The notes: generated by a model from the letters alone, not told the origin. A stretch of DNA of 64,000 bases from an uncultured Candidatus Saccharibacteria bacterium (GCA_964430225.1 CAYSFE010000001.1:11820-75819); one strand, 5' to 3'; shown: positions 19,189-29,900, counted from the first letter of the stretch. Translations and numbers: made by a program.

Positions 19189-19572
19189 TTTAGCAATCAC
19201 CTTATATTTCCTTACAATAATATCTCCCCCTATTAGATTTAATTCTTCAGAAGAATCTTTTCCTGCTAAGTAGTGATATGTTCCATTAGTCTCATAAAAC
19301 TTTCTTCCTTCACTAACATCATATACATATCCATTAAGTCCAAGATAAATTGGTTTAGTTGGATCTGATCCATCATACTGAGATAGTTCAGATAGTGACA
19401 TAGTTTGAATATCTTCTTTTACAACTACTTTCATATTTCTTTTTGTTTGATAGGAGTAAAAGAAAAAAACAACAAAACTAACCAGAAAGAGAACTATGAG
19501 AATAATTACAAATTTTTTAATCGTCATCGATTTCATTTTCATCTTCATCTTCAACAATTGGAGGTGTTCCAT
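19177..19572 (-). CDS. membrane-anchored cytochrome b5-like heme/steroid-binding domain protein (start probably at internal Met near 19527)
   Basis: TM helix, then 'LSQYDGSDPTKPIYLGLNGYVYDVSEGRKFY...YHYLAGKDSS', resembling the b5-like/MAPR fold. Confidence 0.45.
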   Translation of the reverse strand: MEHLQLLKMKMKMKSMTIKKFVIILIVLFLVSFVVFFFYSYQTKRNMKVVVKEDIQTMSLSELSQYDGSDPTKPIYLGLNGYVYDVSEGRKFYETNGTYHYLAGKDSSEELNLIGGDIIVRKYKVIAKLGK

Positions 19573-20335
19573 TTAAAGTGGGGCCAGTATATGTTCCCAT
19601 AACAGGACGAGCTGTCATATATGATAGTGGATGAGGGAATACATTTGTTACATCTCTTCCTCCTGTAATACCATTATGAGTACAATTACTCCATGAAGGA
19701 TGAGTACTCACACTATACACCACCCCTTTATATGCGATATAACAATTACCTGCTTTGTTGTGAGTTGCTAGTGAACTCTGTGTAAATACTTCAGTTCCTT
19801 TTGTTACAGGTTTAACAGTAGTCTTAGTACCAGTTGTAGTTACAAGATACTGTTGAATTCGAGCTAAATCACTTCCATGTTGATTTGTAAATGTTGTAGA
19901 CATATCAGTATTACATACAAAGATGTCACCACCTGAGTGAGAGTTTCTAAGTGAAGTTACATCATATTTACTTCCCTTAATAGTGACTATACATTTATTA
20001 CTTGTAACAATACTACTCGTACTTGAGCTTATTGTTGAAAGAGTTTCTGAACTAGAAGAAGAAGAGGGAATACTTGAACTACTTTCAGAACTAGTAGAAA
20101 TTGAATTAGATGATTCAGCTAAAGAAGTAGCTAACATATCAGCACCTCTATATGCTGTAACAAGAGTTAAAGATGCAGCTCCCAACACAAGTACAACTGT
20201 AGACATCTTTATTAAGTAGTCGATCAAAGTTTTTAAAAATGGTTCTTTCAAGGGAGTAGATAAAAATCTATATATATAGTCTATCAGAAAAAAAGTATTG
20301 ACAGAATGGATACATTGTAATACGATACATCTCAA
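19517..20335 (-). CDS. membrane-anchored Ser-rich protein with two cytochrome b5-like repeats (start likely at Met 20206)
   Basis: TM, long poly-Ser linker, two 'C[IY][IV]x[IY]KGxxY[DS]V[TS]...H' modules ('HNKAGNCYIAYKGVVYSVS'). Confidence 0.4.
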   Translation of the reverse strand: MRCIVLQCIHSVNTFFLIDYIYRFLSTPLKEPFLKTLIDYLIKMSTVVLVLGAASLTLVTAYRGADMLATSLAESSNSISTSSESSSSIPSSSSSSETLSTISSSTSSIVTSNKCIVTIKGSKYDVTSLRNSHSGGDIFVCNTDMSTTFTNQHGSDLARIQQYLVTTTGTKTTVKPVTKGTEVFTQSSLATHNKAGNCYIAYKGVVYSVSTHPSWSNCTHNGITGGRDVTNVFPHPLSYMTARPVMGTYTGPTLNGTPPIVEDEDENEIDDD

Positions 20336-20361
20336 TACGATATACTTTTTAAATAATTTTT

Positions 20362-20691
20362 ATGAACATTTCAAAAGAGCTATTAAAGGGAACTACTAAG
20401 ATAATGGTGCTTAGTGTTATAGATGGAAGAGAACTATATGGATATCAAATTATTAAACTTCTTAAAGAGAAATCTGCAAATGTCTTAAAGATGGGAGAGG
20501 GAACAATCTATCCAATACTTCATCATTTAGAATCTGAAAAATATTTATCCTCAAGATGGGAAGATATGGATAACGGAATGAAAAGAAAATACTACTCCTT
20601 AACAGAAAAGGGAAAAGGTCTTCTAAAGAAATCTTTAGAAGAATGGAAAGACTTTACTAATATTGTTAACACAACTTTATTCCACTCATAA
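20362..20691 (+). CDS. PadR-family transcriptional regulator
   Basis: 'ILHHLESEKYL...YYSLTEKGK' winged-helix PadR signature. 109 aa. Confidence 0.75.
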   Translation: MNISKELLKGTTKIMVLSVIDGRELYGYQIIKLLKEKSANVLKMGEGTIYPILHHLESEKYLSSRWEDMDNGMKRKYYSLTEKGKGLLKKSLEEWKDFTNIVNTTLFHS

Positions 20692-21341
20692 TGTCATACA
20701 AAGATTTTATTGAAAATTTTGTAGAGAGTTCTTCTTTATCTGAAAAAGACTCAAAACTTCTTGCTTTAGAAATGGAATCGGATTTCTATGCTAAAGAAAA
20801 AGATTTAATTCTAAATAACGAAAAGGACACCATGAAAAAGATTGAAGATGATTTTGGAGATAAAGATAAGCTAGCTGAACAAATGTTCTTAGCTCATCAT
20901 AAATATCTAAATATTCCAATACTTGGACCACTTCTATATTTTAAAACTATTAGATGGATTATTGTAATAACATTGCTTTATCCACTTAATGTGTTATGTG
21001 CAAACTTTATTGGCGGAATGTTATATATTTCTCAAAACTTTTCAACTGAAAGTCAATTTAGTCTAAATAACATTGTATATATTTTAGGTTATATACTTCC
21101 TTTTTTGCCATTAATATTTTTATTTATTAAATTTAAGGTTTCAAATAAAGATATAGTTTTAAGCACCTTGTTATCGGTTGTGATAATAACTCTTACAATC
21201 TTTTTCTTTTTCATGGGCCCTATAAATAGCTATTCAACATTCTCACTAGAATCAAACATAATTATGCTTGGTCTTATTGCTTCTCCATATTTATTTTTCG
21301 TTTTAATTACTTTAGTTCTTAAGAGACTTTTGAAAAGATGA
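20691..21341 (+). CDS. membrane protein co-transcribed with PadR regulator
   Basis: Overlapping start/stop; cytosolic N-terminus, then multiple TM helices. Confidence 0.5.
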   Translation: MSYKDFIENFVESSSLSEKDSKLLALEMESDFYAKEKDLILNNEKDTMKKIEDDFGDKDKLAEQMFLAHHKYLNIPILGPLLYFKTIRWIIVITLLYPLNVLCANFIGGMLYISQNFSTESQFSLNNIVYILGYILPFLPLIFLFIKFKVSNKDIVLSTLLSVVIITLTIFFFFMGPINSYSTFSLESNIIMLGLIASPYLFFVLITLVLKRLLKR

Positions 21342-22522
21342 CAAAAATAGTACTAAGAAAACTTTTAATTCAATTCATCGTAGTTATTTCAGTTATATTA
21401 GTTTTAATATTTATTCCTACTTCCTTATTTGGTCCTAAAAATATTAAGTATACAAAGGCAGAAGAATTAGGTGACAGAGGCTATGTTTTCGTATTAGGTA
21501 ACAGTTCTTTTAGTGGTACCTTAGTAACTGATAACTATGGGAATACTTTATTAGAGAAGCCTTATAAGGCCCCAAAGATATTTGATTTAGGAAATACTTC
21601 AATATTACTTATCGAGGGAAACCCTTCAAACAACGAAAATATAAACGAAGTATACACCTTTGAGAAAGCATCAAATCTTAATGGGAATAAAGTTAGTTTA
21701 AAAGAACAGAAGGAACTTTTAAATAACATCTTCCTAAATATAAATTTAAAAGACATATTTCAAACAAACTACTCAATAAGTGCTGATAACAAAGCAATTA
21801 ATATCCCCCTATGTATTTTGAAAGAAAGAAAGCCAAATAAGATAGCATGTTTCAGTATTAATTCCATAGACTTCTCATACAAAGAAATAAATACTGACGA
21901 GATAAATCAAAAAATGAGCAAGTTTACTTCTAACAGATACGAACTTTCTTCTGAAGAGTATGACCAGACTGTAGAAGATACTTTCGTTTCATTAAAACTA
22001 CACTATATTAATGATGACCTAGACCTAATTGGTCCATCTGAACCGGTATTAAAATTCAAAGTAACCGCTTCTAATATTATTATTAGCAATGACAACACAG
22101 GAAAACAACAATTAGATACTTCTGAAATTAGTCAACCTGTATTAGATTTTAATCAACCACCTTTTAGCTATTTTAATTATGAAAGTTCCATACCATATAC
22201 TACTGTAAACTTAAATATGGACTATAAAAATATTAAGGACTTTGACTATTCACTTGGGGATAAACAACTTTCTAGAACAATTGATGTCAATAACCCAGTT
22301 ATTGGAGAACAGTATTTAGAGAAAGATGGAGAAAAACTAATGAGTTGGTTTTCGTTATATAACCAAAATAGTATTTCAGCTGGATTAATTGATAATTGTA
22401 TATATATAAAAATTAACCAGGATATCTATATGATTAATACCAAAGAAAATAAAACATATAAAATTAATACTTCTCTAGAATCTGATAGCAATATAAGAAT
22501 ATTATCTATATTTGCCTTTTAA
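21338..22522 (+). CDS. hypothetical Asn-rich protein with N-terminal TM
   Basis: ORF overlaps the previous gene by 4 nt. Confidence 0.45.
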   Translation: MTKIVLRKLLIQFIVVISVILVLIFIPTSLFGPKNIKYTKAEELGDRGYVFVLGNSSFSGTLVTDNYGNTLLEKPYKAPKIFDLGNTSILLIEGNPSNNENINEVYTFEKASNLNGNKVSLKEQKELLNNIFLNINLKDIFQTNYSISADNKAINIPLCILKERKPNKIACFSINSIDFSYKEINTDEINQKMSKFTSNRYELSSEEYDQTVEDTFVSLKLHYINDDLDLIGPSEPVLKFKVTASNIIISNDNTGKQQLDTSEISQPVLDFNQPPFSYFNYESSIPYTTVNLNMDYKNIKDFDYSLGDKQLSRTIDVNNPVIGEQYLEKDGEKLMSWFSLYNQNSISAGLIDNCIYIKINQDIYMINTKENKTYKINTSLESDSNIRILSIFAF

Positions 22523-22675
22523 TTTACCTTATTAATTAAGAACAAAGATACTTAAATTAAATATTGGTTTTTTAATCATAAAAAGAGTACTAGAAGAGTA
22601 TACTGCCCCATAGTCTTATTTTTGTAACGTTTTTCTACAATTTCGTTATATCAATATGTATTTAAATGAATTCAT

Positions 22676-24082
22676 ATGACACTAAGCAAAGAAGCTTTTA
22701 CTAAAAATGTTTTAAGTAAAGAGTCTGAAATTAAGGCTCATAGAAACGTGCGTATAGGAGAACTTCTAATAGACTTGCTTGGAACAAAACTTTCTCAAGG
22801 CGAAAAAACCGATAGGAAAATCCAAGTTGCTTCAGAACTCTTTGATCCTGAACATGAAGGTCAAGTTGAGTCTGTTACTGAACAACTTAGCTTCATTTCA
22901 AATGTTGAAACCAGTGTTTCAGAAGTAGAAATAATGGGAAGAGGAGTAGTAGATCAAGCAATTGTATTACTTGGTCAGTCTCTTCAAGAAACAAAAAGAC
23001 TACTTCAGGAAAGTGAGAAATATAGAAGGGCGTATGCAGACAAAAAGACTGTTTCACTAGTCACTAATATATTGGGCTCACCAGTATCTGACGAAGTAAA
23101 AAAAAGATTTATTGAAAAATTTAAATTAAATCTATCTGATGTAGTATTAAATATAATAGAGGTTGAATTAACAACTCCTGATCCTTTTGAAATTCTTTCT
23201 AGTTTAAAACAAAGTGAGAAACCTAGTTCTTCAAAAGGTCAACCAGATTCATTAACAAATTTAGGGATTAATAGTTCTGAAGGGAGTAAAGATAAAGTCT
23301 TTGCAATTTTTGAAAGATTTGCTCCGTCAAATATGAGAATTCCTAAAGATAGTGAACTAAACGCTTATGCAGTAATTTTAAATGAGGCCGACTATAAACT
23401 CCTAAAATATATAGTAGCAGGAGAAAACCATAGAAGATCTATAACAGAAGTGAATGACTATTTAGGAACAAATAAAGCACAAATACATAAGTTGAGAAGC
23501 GAACTAGAAAGGACAGAATTAGGGTTAAGAAAAACAGATAATAACTGGGAAGTATATATTAAGAATTCTGAACCACTTAGAACTCCTTTAGCTACTCATG
23601 AAATTCTAGATATATTAGGATTAAATTATGATCCCAAACAAATCCATAGTCTAAATGTACCTAAACCATTTCAGATAGAAGGAAGAGGAGATCTTATCTT
23701 TGTAAAACCAAATGAACATCCATTTATTGAAATATGTTTTAGCCTAAGTAGAACAGGAAGTAGGGTATTTAGAGACTTAACAGAAAAAACATCTTCTATT
23801 TCAAAACTAAGTGACCTTATGTTTACATTTATAACCGCTTTAGCTAAAGCAACTTTTGAATCTGAAATTGATTCAACTTTTGTAGCAAATAGTAGAATCC
23901 CTCTACTTAGAAAATTAAAAATTAGGGGGATAAATGGTTTTAATCTATATTTCACATATGGAACAAATGGTTATGTCTCAAGATTTTCTAATAAAAGACC
24001 TGTTATAGTATGGGGTATAGCTGATGAGTGTAATGATCAAGAAATATTGAGAGAAATGGCAAATTCCAATGGTAATAGCTAA
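22676..24082 (+). CDS. hypothetical protein
   Basis: 468-aa ORF. Confidence 0.45.
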   Translation: MTLSKEAFTKNVLSKESEIKAHRNVRIGELLIDLLGTKLSQGEKTDRKIQVASELFDPEHEGQVESVTEQLSFISNVETSVSEVEIMGRGVVDQAIVLLGQSLQETKRLLQESEKYRRAYADKKTVSLVTNILGSPVSDEVKKRFIEKFKLNLSDVVLNIIEVELTTPDPFEILSSLKQSEKPSSSKGQPDSLTNLGINSSEGSKDKVFAIFERFAPSNMRIPKDSELNAYAVILNEADYKLLKYIVAGENHRRSITEVNDYLGTNKAQIHKLRSELERTELGLRKTDNNWEVYIKNSEPLRTPLATHEILDILGLNYDPKQIHSLNVPKPFQIEGRGDLIFVKPNEHPFIEICFSLSRTGSRVFRDLTEKTSSISKLSDLMFTFITALAKATFESEIDSTFVANSRIPLLRKLKIRGINGFNLYFTYGTNGYVSRFSNKRPVIVWGIADECNDQEILREMANSNGNS

Positions 24083-24203
24083 TAAAATGAAGGCAAGTAC
24101 AATATATAAAAGTAATATTTGCTTATATTTCTATATGTATAATTTTGTAATTTCAGTGTTATAAGATATAATTAAATTTGTTTAAATTATTAAAATTACA
24201 AAT

Positions 24204-25124
24204 ATGCCAGAAATTAATGGAATAAATACTAAACCCAGATTGTTTGAGGGATGGAGAGAAGTAACAACCCAAATGGCCCGAGATGCAGAAGTGACCAGAA
24301 AGTTAGCCCATGCATTACTTATTTCATTAGGACAAAGTAAAGTTGTTAGGGTTGTTGCCTTTAGAATTGCAAATGCATTAGGTGAAGTTAACACGAATGT
24401 AAATCCAGATTCTTTAGCTGAAAAGATTGCCAATCCTGATCCTTCAAAAGTAGAAAGTATAAAAGCAACTTTAATAAGAGCAAGGGATGACAGTTCACTT
24501 GTTGAACAAGCTTACTCAATAAACCAAGCTGATAATATAGTAACAGTTTTAACAGAATCAGATGTTGCAGCCCTTAAAGTATTACCTGAGACATCAGGAA
24601 TTAGAATAATGCTTGAAAACGGTGCAAGAAGCGTTGACTTTGTAGAAGGTAAGTTTGAATTAGTAGCTACTGTCGATTCACTATTGAAAGCTCTTACTAA
24701 AGACTTTTCTAAAAGAAGTAATATTAGAAGAACAAATACTTTAGAAGTTAAAAAAGCTAAAAAGAACCCAACTACTAAACCAGTTAAGAGAGAGGTTGTA
24801 AGTACTTTACCAGGAATCAGCTTCTCAATTAAAGGGGAAGAACCATCTCCAATTAGTGCACTAAGACTTATGGGTGTAAATAGAGAAGCAAAAGTTTTGA
24901 AAGCTTTAGAGAAATGTATGAAAAGTGATAAGAAAGAATATGTCTATAAAAGAGCTAAGCCATCAAAACCTGAAGCTGGGTATATAAACTTAATAAGAGG
25001 TACTTTTGCAAATGATTCTAAAAGCAAACCAAATAATGCGTTATTAATGTACAAAGGAAAAAGGTTTGAAGTAAGTAAACTTGAAAATGACGAAAACGGT
25101 TTTAGAATTAAATTAGTAAAATAA
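24204..25124 (+). CDS. hypothetical protein
   Basis: 306-aa ORF. Confidence 0.45.
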   Translation: MPEINGINTKPRLFEGWREVTTQMARDAEVTRKLAHALLISLGQSKVVRVVAFRIANALGEVNTNVNPDSLAEKIANPDPSKVESIKATLIRARDDSSLVEQAYSINQADNIVTVLTESDVAALKVLPETSGIRIMLENGARSVDFVEGKFELVATVDSLLKALTKDFSKRSNIRRTNTLEVKKAKKNPTTKPVKREVVSTLPGISFSIKGEEPSPISALRLMGVNREAKVLKALEKCMKSDKKEYVYKRAKPSKPEAGYINLIRGTFANDSKSKPNNALLMYKGKRFEVSKLENDENGFRIKLVK

Positions 25125-25206
25125 ACATAAAATATATTAGCACTCTTGAATATCGTCTGCTAATTATGTACAATGAGATATTAATTGAAATTTAAATTGT
25201 ACAAAC

Positions 25207-27654
25207 ATGTTTAACCTACTTGAAATATTCTCTGAAAGAGCTAAGGCTGTTCTTCAAACTGCAGCATCTATTGCTGTTGAATATAGAAGAAAATATATTG
25301 ATACTGAGCATATACTTCTTGCTTTAATCCTAGATGAGATTGTAATAAAAATACTATCTAAGATGGATATATCTCCTGAAGATATACGTGCTGAAATGAC
25401 AGCTGTAATGTCTCAAGGAAACTTCTCAGATGGAAGAATAGATCTAGCACCTCGTGCTAAGCAAGTACTTGAAATCACTTTCCAAGAATCCCGTGGATTA
25501 AATCACTCATATGTTGGACCTGAACATATTCTTTTAGGTCTTATCTCTGAAGGAGAAGGATTAGCAGCACAGGTTCTTAAAGGAATGGATATCTCATACG
25601 ATAAAGCTCGTAAAGCAGTTCTTGAAGTCATTGGAGAAGGAGAGGGAATTAAAAAAGAAACATCTAAAACTCCTACACTAGATAAGTTTGCAAAAGATTT
25701 AACCCTATATGCAAAAGAAGGGAGGATTGATCCAGTAATTGGAAGAGCTAAAGAAGTAAACAGAGTCATTCAAATACTTTCACGTAGAAAGAAGAATAAT
25801 CCAGTACTCATTGGAGATCCTGGAGTAGGTAAGACTGCAATTGCAGAAGGACTTGCCCTTAAGATATCTTCTGAAAATGTTCCAGATATACTTTTAAACA
25901 AAAGAGTAATGGCTCTTGATCTTGGACTACTCATGGCAGGTGCTAAGTTTAGAGGTGAGTTTGAAGAAAGAGCTATGAAAATACTTTCTGAAATATCTAA
26001 ATCTAATGGAGAAGTAATTCTCTTCATAGATGAGTTACACACAATTGTAGGAACTGGGAACCAAGAAGGAGGACTAGATTTAAGTAATATTCTTAAACCT
26101 CCCCTTGCTCGTGGAGAGCTACAAGTAATAGGAGCAACTACACTAAACGAGTATCAAAAATATATTGAAAAAGATGGGGCTCTTGAGAGAAGATTCCAAC
26201 CAATACTTGTTGAAGAACCAACAGTTGAACAAACAGTAGAAATATTAAGAGGTATCAGGGATAAATATGAATCTCATCACAGGATAGAAATATCTGATGA
26301 GGCACTAATCTCAGCAGCTGAACTATCTGAAAGATATATTAACGATAGATTCCTACCAGATAAGGCTATTGATGTAATAGATGAAGGAGCATCTAAAAAA
26401 AGATTAGAAGCTTTCTCTAAGCCAGATGATATTAAAAACCTTGAAATTGAAATACGTAAACTTGATCAAGAAAGAGAAAGTCTAACCCGTTCTCAAAAGT
26501 TTGAAGATGCAGCAGAAGCTAAGATTAAGATAGATCAATTACAAAAGAAACTTGACCCACTTTTAGATCAATGGAACAAATCTCGTGGATCAGGTACTCC
26601 TGTACTTACAGCAGATGATGTAGCTGTAATCATATCTCAGATTACTAATGTACCTGTAACTCAATTAAAAGTAGAAGAGAGAACAAGACTTCTTAAACTA
26701 GAAGAAGAGATACATAAGAAACTAGTGGGACAAGATCAGGCAGTAAAAGCAGTTTCAGAAGCTGTTAGAAGAGCTAGGGCAGGACTAAAGAACCCGAACA
26801 GACCTATTGCTTCTTTCCTTTTTCTAGGACCTACAGGAGTAGGTAAAACAGAGCTAGCTAAAACTCTAGCTTCCATACTCTTTGGATCTGAGAACAATAT
26901 AATAAGGGTAGATATGTCAGAGTATTCAGAGAAGTTTAACGTATCAAAATTAATTGGATCTCCTCCAGGATATGTAGGATATGACGAAGGAGGCCAGTTA
27001 ACTGAAAAAGTTAGAAGGAACCCTTACTCAATCATATTACTTGATGAAATAGAGAAGGCTCATCCAGAAGTATTTAATTCACTTCTTCAAATACTTGAAG
27101 ATGGAAGACTTACAGATGGAAAGGGTAGAGTAGTAGACTTTAAAAATACAATAGTCATAGCTACAAGTAATATCGGGGCTGAAATCATTCAAGACTATTC
27201 AAAAGAAGGTAAAGTAGGAAACTCTTTAGGGTTTGATGTAAAGATTGATAAAGATACTAAAGAAGAAACCCAGTGGGATAAAGTAAAGAAAGAAGTTTTA
27301 GAAGAACTATCTAAAAACTTTAAACCTGAGTTTATCAATCGTATTGATGAAGTCATAATCTTTGAAAGTCTAAGTAAGGATCAAATACGAGAAATAATAA
27401 AACTTGAACTAGATAAGGTAGTAAGAATTGTTAAAGCACAAAAGATAGAAATATCTTTTGATAAAAGCTTAGTTGAAAGAGTGTTTGAAAAAGGATTCAA
27501 TGATCTCTTTGGGGCAAGAGAACTCAGACGTGTGATACAAAAAGAAGTAGAGACAAAGATAAGTGAACTAATACTTGATGGATCTATGAAAGAGAATAAG
27601 AAATATGTAGTATCATTTAAGAAAGATGCTTTAGTAGTAAAAAATGAAAAATAG
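25207..27654 (+). CDS. clpC: AAA+ chaperone ATPase ClpC (Clp ATPase subunit)
   Basis: Two Clp-N repeats; Walker A 'GDPGVGKTAIAEG' and 'GPTGVGKTELAKT'; short UVR-like middle domain; sensor motifs. Confidence 0.85.
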   Translation: MFNLLEIFSERAKAVLQTAASIAVEYRRKYIDTEHILLALILDEIVIKILSKMDISPEDIRAEMTAVMSQGNFSDGRIDLAPRAKQVLEITFQESRGLNHSYVGPEHILLGLISEGEGLAAQVLKGMDISYDKARKAVLEVIGEGEGIKKETSKTPTLDKFAKDLTLYAKEGRIDPVIGRAKEVNRVIQILSRRKKNNPVLIGDPGVGKTAIAEGLALKISSENVPDILLNKRVMALDLGLLMAGAKFRGEFEERAMKILSEISKSNGEVILFIDELHTIVGTGNQEGGLDLSNILKPPLARGELQVIGATTLNEYQKYIEKDGALERRFQPILVEEPTVEQTVEILRGIRDKYESHHRIEISDEALISAAELSERYINDRFLPDKAIDVIDEGASKKRLEAFSKPDDIKNLEIEIRKLDQERESLTRSQKFEDAAEAKIKIDQLQKKLDPLLDQWNKSRGSGTPVLTADDVAVIISQITNVPVTQLKVEERTRLLKLEEEIHKKLVGQDQAVKAVSEAVRRARAGLKNPNRPIASFLFLGPTGVGKTELAKTLASILFGSENNIIRVDMSEYSEKFNVSKLIGSPPGYVGYDEGGQLTEKVRRNPYSIILLDEIEKAHPEVFNSLLQILEDGRLTDGKGRVVDFKNTIVIATSNIGAEIIQDYSKEGKVGNSLGFDVKIDKDTKEETQWDKVKKEVLEELSKNFKPEFINRIDEVIIFESLSKDQIREIIKLELDKVVRIVKAQKIEISFDKSLVERVFEKGFNDLFGARELRRVIQKEVETKISELILDGSMKENKKYVVSFKKDALVVKNEK

Positions 27655-27865
27655 TAAGCTAGTTAAAAAAGCACATAAGATATATAAGGAGATAAGTCCT
27701 AAGTTTAAAGAGTTTGGAAAGACTAAGAAGATAGTCATAGACCCTATCACTAAAGAATTCTATACAGGTAATAGTGATATAGAGGCATATGAGAAAGCCT
27801 GCTCTAAACATCCTAAGCGTAAGTTTTATCTTACAAGTAGTGAGGAAATGTATTCTAAACTATGA
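27644..27865 (+). CDS. hypothetical small basic protein, coupled to clpC
   Basis: 73 aa; overlaps the clpC stop and the next gene's start. Confidence 0.35.
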   Translation: MKNSKLVKKAHKIYKEISPKFKEFGKTKKIVIDPITKEFYTGNSDIEAYEKACSKHPKRKFYLTSSEEMYSKL

Positions 27866-28218
27866 GTGTATACCTATCAGAAAACTACTCCCCTAGAGCA
27901 AGCATTCAAGTTTTAGCTGACATAGCATTTGAGGTAGACTGTTTAATAGATACAGGATTTTCAGGAGGTCTTCTACTTCCCATAACATATAAGAAGTATT
28001 TCAAGAAAGTTAAAACTTCTCTAAAACAGGAATACATCTTAGGAAATGGAAAGAAAGTAGAGTACTCGCTTTACTTAATAGAGGTAAAGTTTAATGGAAC
28101 TAGTAAGAAAGTGTTTACTCTATTTAACAGAAATGCTGACGCAATACTTGGAATAGAGTTTCTAAAGGGTTTGGATCTTGATTTAAACCTGAGAGAAAAT
28201 ACTATTACCTTATCCTAA
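27862..28218 (+). CDS. retropepsin-like (clan AA) aspartic protease, DTGF type
   Basis: 'CLIDTGFSGGLLLP' is an aspartic protease Asp-Thr-Gly-Phe signature in a 118-aa single-domain protein. Confidence 0.55.
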   Translation: MSVYLSENYSPRASIQVLADIAFEVDCLIDTGFSGGLLLPITYKKYFKKVKTSLKQEYILGNGKKVEYSLYLIEVKFNGTSKKVFTLFNRNADAILGIEFLKGLDLDLNLRENTITLS

Positions 28219-29160
28219 CTATTTCAAATAGTTTCTCATAGGAATAGTTTCAGAAGAATAGAATCTTTTCCAAACATATATATTGTTTAGATTAATATCA
28301 CTTTTACCTTCTATGATTGTGGCTGTATCATATCCAGCTTCTTTTACAAGCTTTACTACCTCTTCATTATATTTCCCATAAGGATAGCAAAAGTCTCTAA
28401 TCTTTATTCCTAGTTTCTTTTGTAATACATCTTTTGAATTAAATATCTGATATCTTAAATCTGCCTCTTTATATTTCATTGCTATTAGTTCAGCGTGATC
28501 CATTGTATGAGATCCAATATTAATAAGTCCTGATTCATGCATTTCAGTTAGTTGTTCCCAAGTAGCATAGTCTCCAGGAGTTCCTTTTCTATTAGGATCA
28601 TCTCTTCTACCTACAAAATTAGGCATAACATAGAAAGTAGCTTTCATGTTGTATTTTTTAAGTAGAGGGAATGCATGCTTATATATATCCTCATATCCAT
28701 CATCTATTGTAAGTAAAACATATTTTTTATCTTGTTTTATATTTCTTTTAAGTTTGTCACTTATCTCATATGGAAATATTGTTTCATATCCCTTATCTTG
28801 TATATCTTTCAAGTCAGCTTCAAATTTAGCTGGGCTCATTGATAGCCCTCTAAGTACAGAATCTTTAGGATCATTAATACTATCTGGATTTATATGATGA
28901 TACATCATAGAAGGAACTTTGTAGTTAATACTCATATCAGGAGTAGGAAATACCTCTTCTTCTGTAACATCACTCTTTAAATATTCTTTAGGATAGACTA
29001 TTAAAGGAGGGGTTGAAGATTTACTAGATGAGCTAGTTATTACAGTAGTAGCTATATCTTTACTTAAAACTGGTCTATTAAACTTATATGTGGCAAAAAC
29101 GAACAAGGTTAGTTCAACAAAAATTGACAACACTATCAGCAGTATATATTTTCTTTTCAC
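28219..29160 (-). CDS. polysaccharide deacetylase (NodB-domain) with N-terminal TM
   Basis: 'LLTIDDGYEDIY' (TFDDG-type motif), 'ATFYVMPNFVG', His motifs 'GSHTMDH'. Confidence 0.65.
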   Translation of the reverse strand: MKRKYILLIVLSIFVELTLFVFATYKFNRPVLSKDIATTVITSSSSKSSTPPLIVYPKEYLKSDVTEEEVFPTPDMSINYKVPSMMYHHINPDSINDPKDSVLRGLSMSPAKFEADLKDIQDKGYETIFPYEISDKLKRNIKQDKKYVLLTIDDGYEDIYKHAFPLLKKYNMKATFYVMPNFVGRRDDPNRKGTPGDYATWEQLTEMHESGLINIGSHTMDHAELIAMKYKEADLRYQIFNSKDVLQKKLGIKIRDFCYPYGKYNEEVVKLVKEAGYDTATIIEGKSDINLNNIYVWKRFYSSETIPMRNYLK

Positions 29161-29164
29161 AATT

Positions 29165-29836
29165 TTATCTTATTAATATTATTGGGGTAAGTTCAGCACC
29201 TTGTCCCATTGGATTATCAAGAAGTATTCCTCGATAAAGTTCTTTCTTATCTTTAATAGCATCACTCATACCAAGTACTTCTGTGTTGATATTATTTCCA
29301 TCTATGATAATACTTGGAATCCCATATTTTGCTTCTATATCATTACAGAATTTGTCTGGTTCATTAGGGGGAAGCATGGCAAACTCATCAAATGGGGGAA
29401 TAGCCTTTGGATTAAATCCATCTATCTCAGATATATGATTTCCAGCTATTCTCCAAAAGTCTCCATGTCTTCCAAATAGTCTTGTAATACTTCCTAAAAT
29501 CATAGCTAGAATCATTCTAAGCTCACCTACTTGCCATATAGCTACTTGCATCTTAGCAGGATGCGAAAAACCAATATCATGTTCATATTTTCTTACTCCC
29601 TTTACCAGCAATCTAGCTAACAGACCTGGTTTAACTACTGATATATGTACAACTTTACCCTGACATATTGAAACAACTTTTTCAGATATAGCCATAACAT
29701 CACCTTTCTTAAACTCAGGTAAGACATATTTCTGAATAATCTTATCAAAGTCTTCTTTAAGAGCAATAAGGTGAGTATGAATATGTATTCTCTCAAACTT
29801 AGCTCCTTCGAAAGTCGCGGTAGTTGTTGTATTCAT
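29165..29836 (-). CDS. CofE-like (F420-0:gamma-glutamyl ligase family) protein, tentative
   Basis: 'VMAISEKVVSICQGK' and 'IIIDGNNINTEVLG' resemble conserved CofE blocks. Weak. Confidence 0.3.
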   Translation of the reverse strand: MNTTTTATFEGAKFERIHIHTHLIALKEDFDKIIQKYVLPEFKKGDVMAISEKVVSICQGKVVHISVVKPGLLARLLVKGVRKYEHDIGFSHPAKMQVAIWQVGELRMILAMILGSITRLFGRHGDFWRIAGNHISEIDGFNPKAIPPFDEFAMLPPNEPDKFCNDIEAKYGIPSIIIDGNNINTEVLGMSDAIKDKKELYRGILLDNPMGQGAELTPIILIR

Positions 29837-29900
29837 AAAGGTAAGTCTAGTAATATATACCTAGTATTATACTTTAATTTAGCCATACAAAAAAGAGCAC

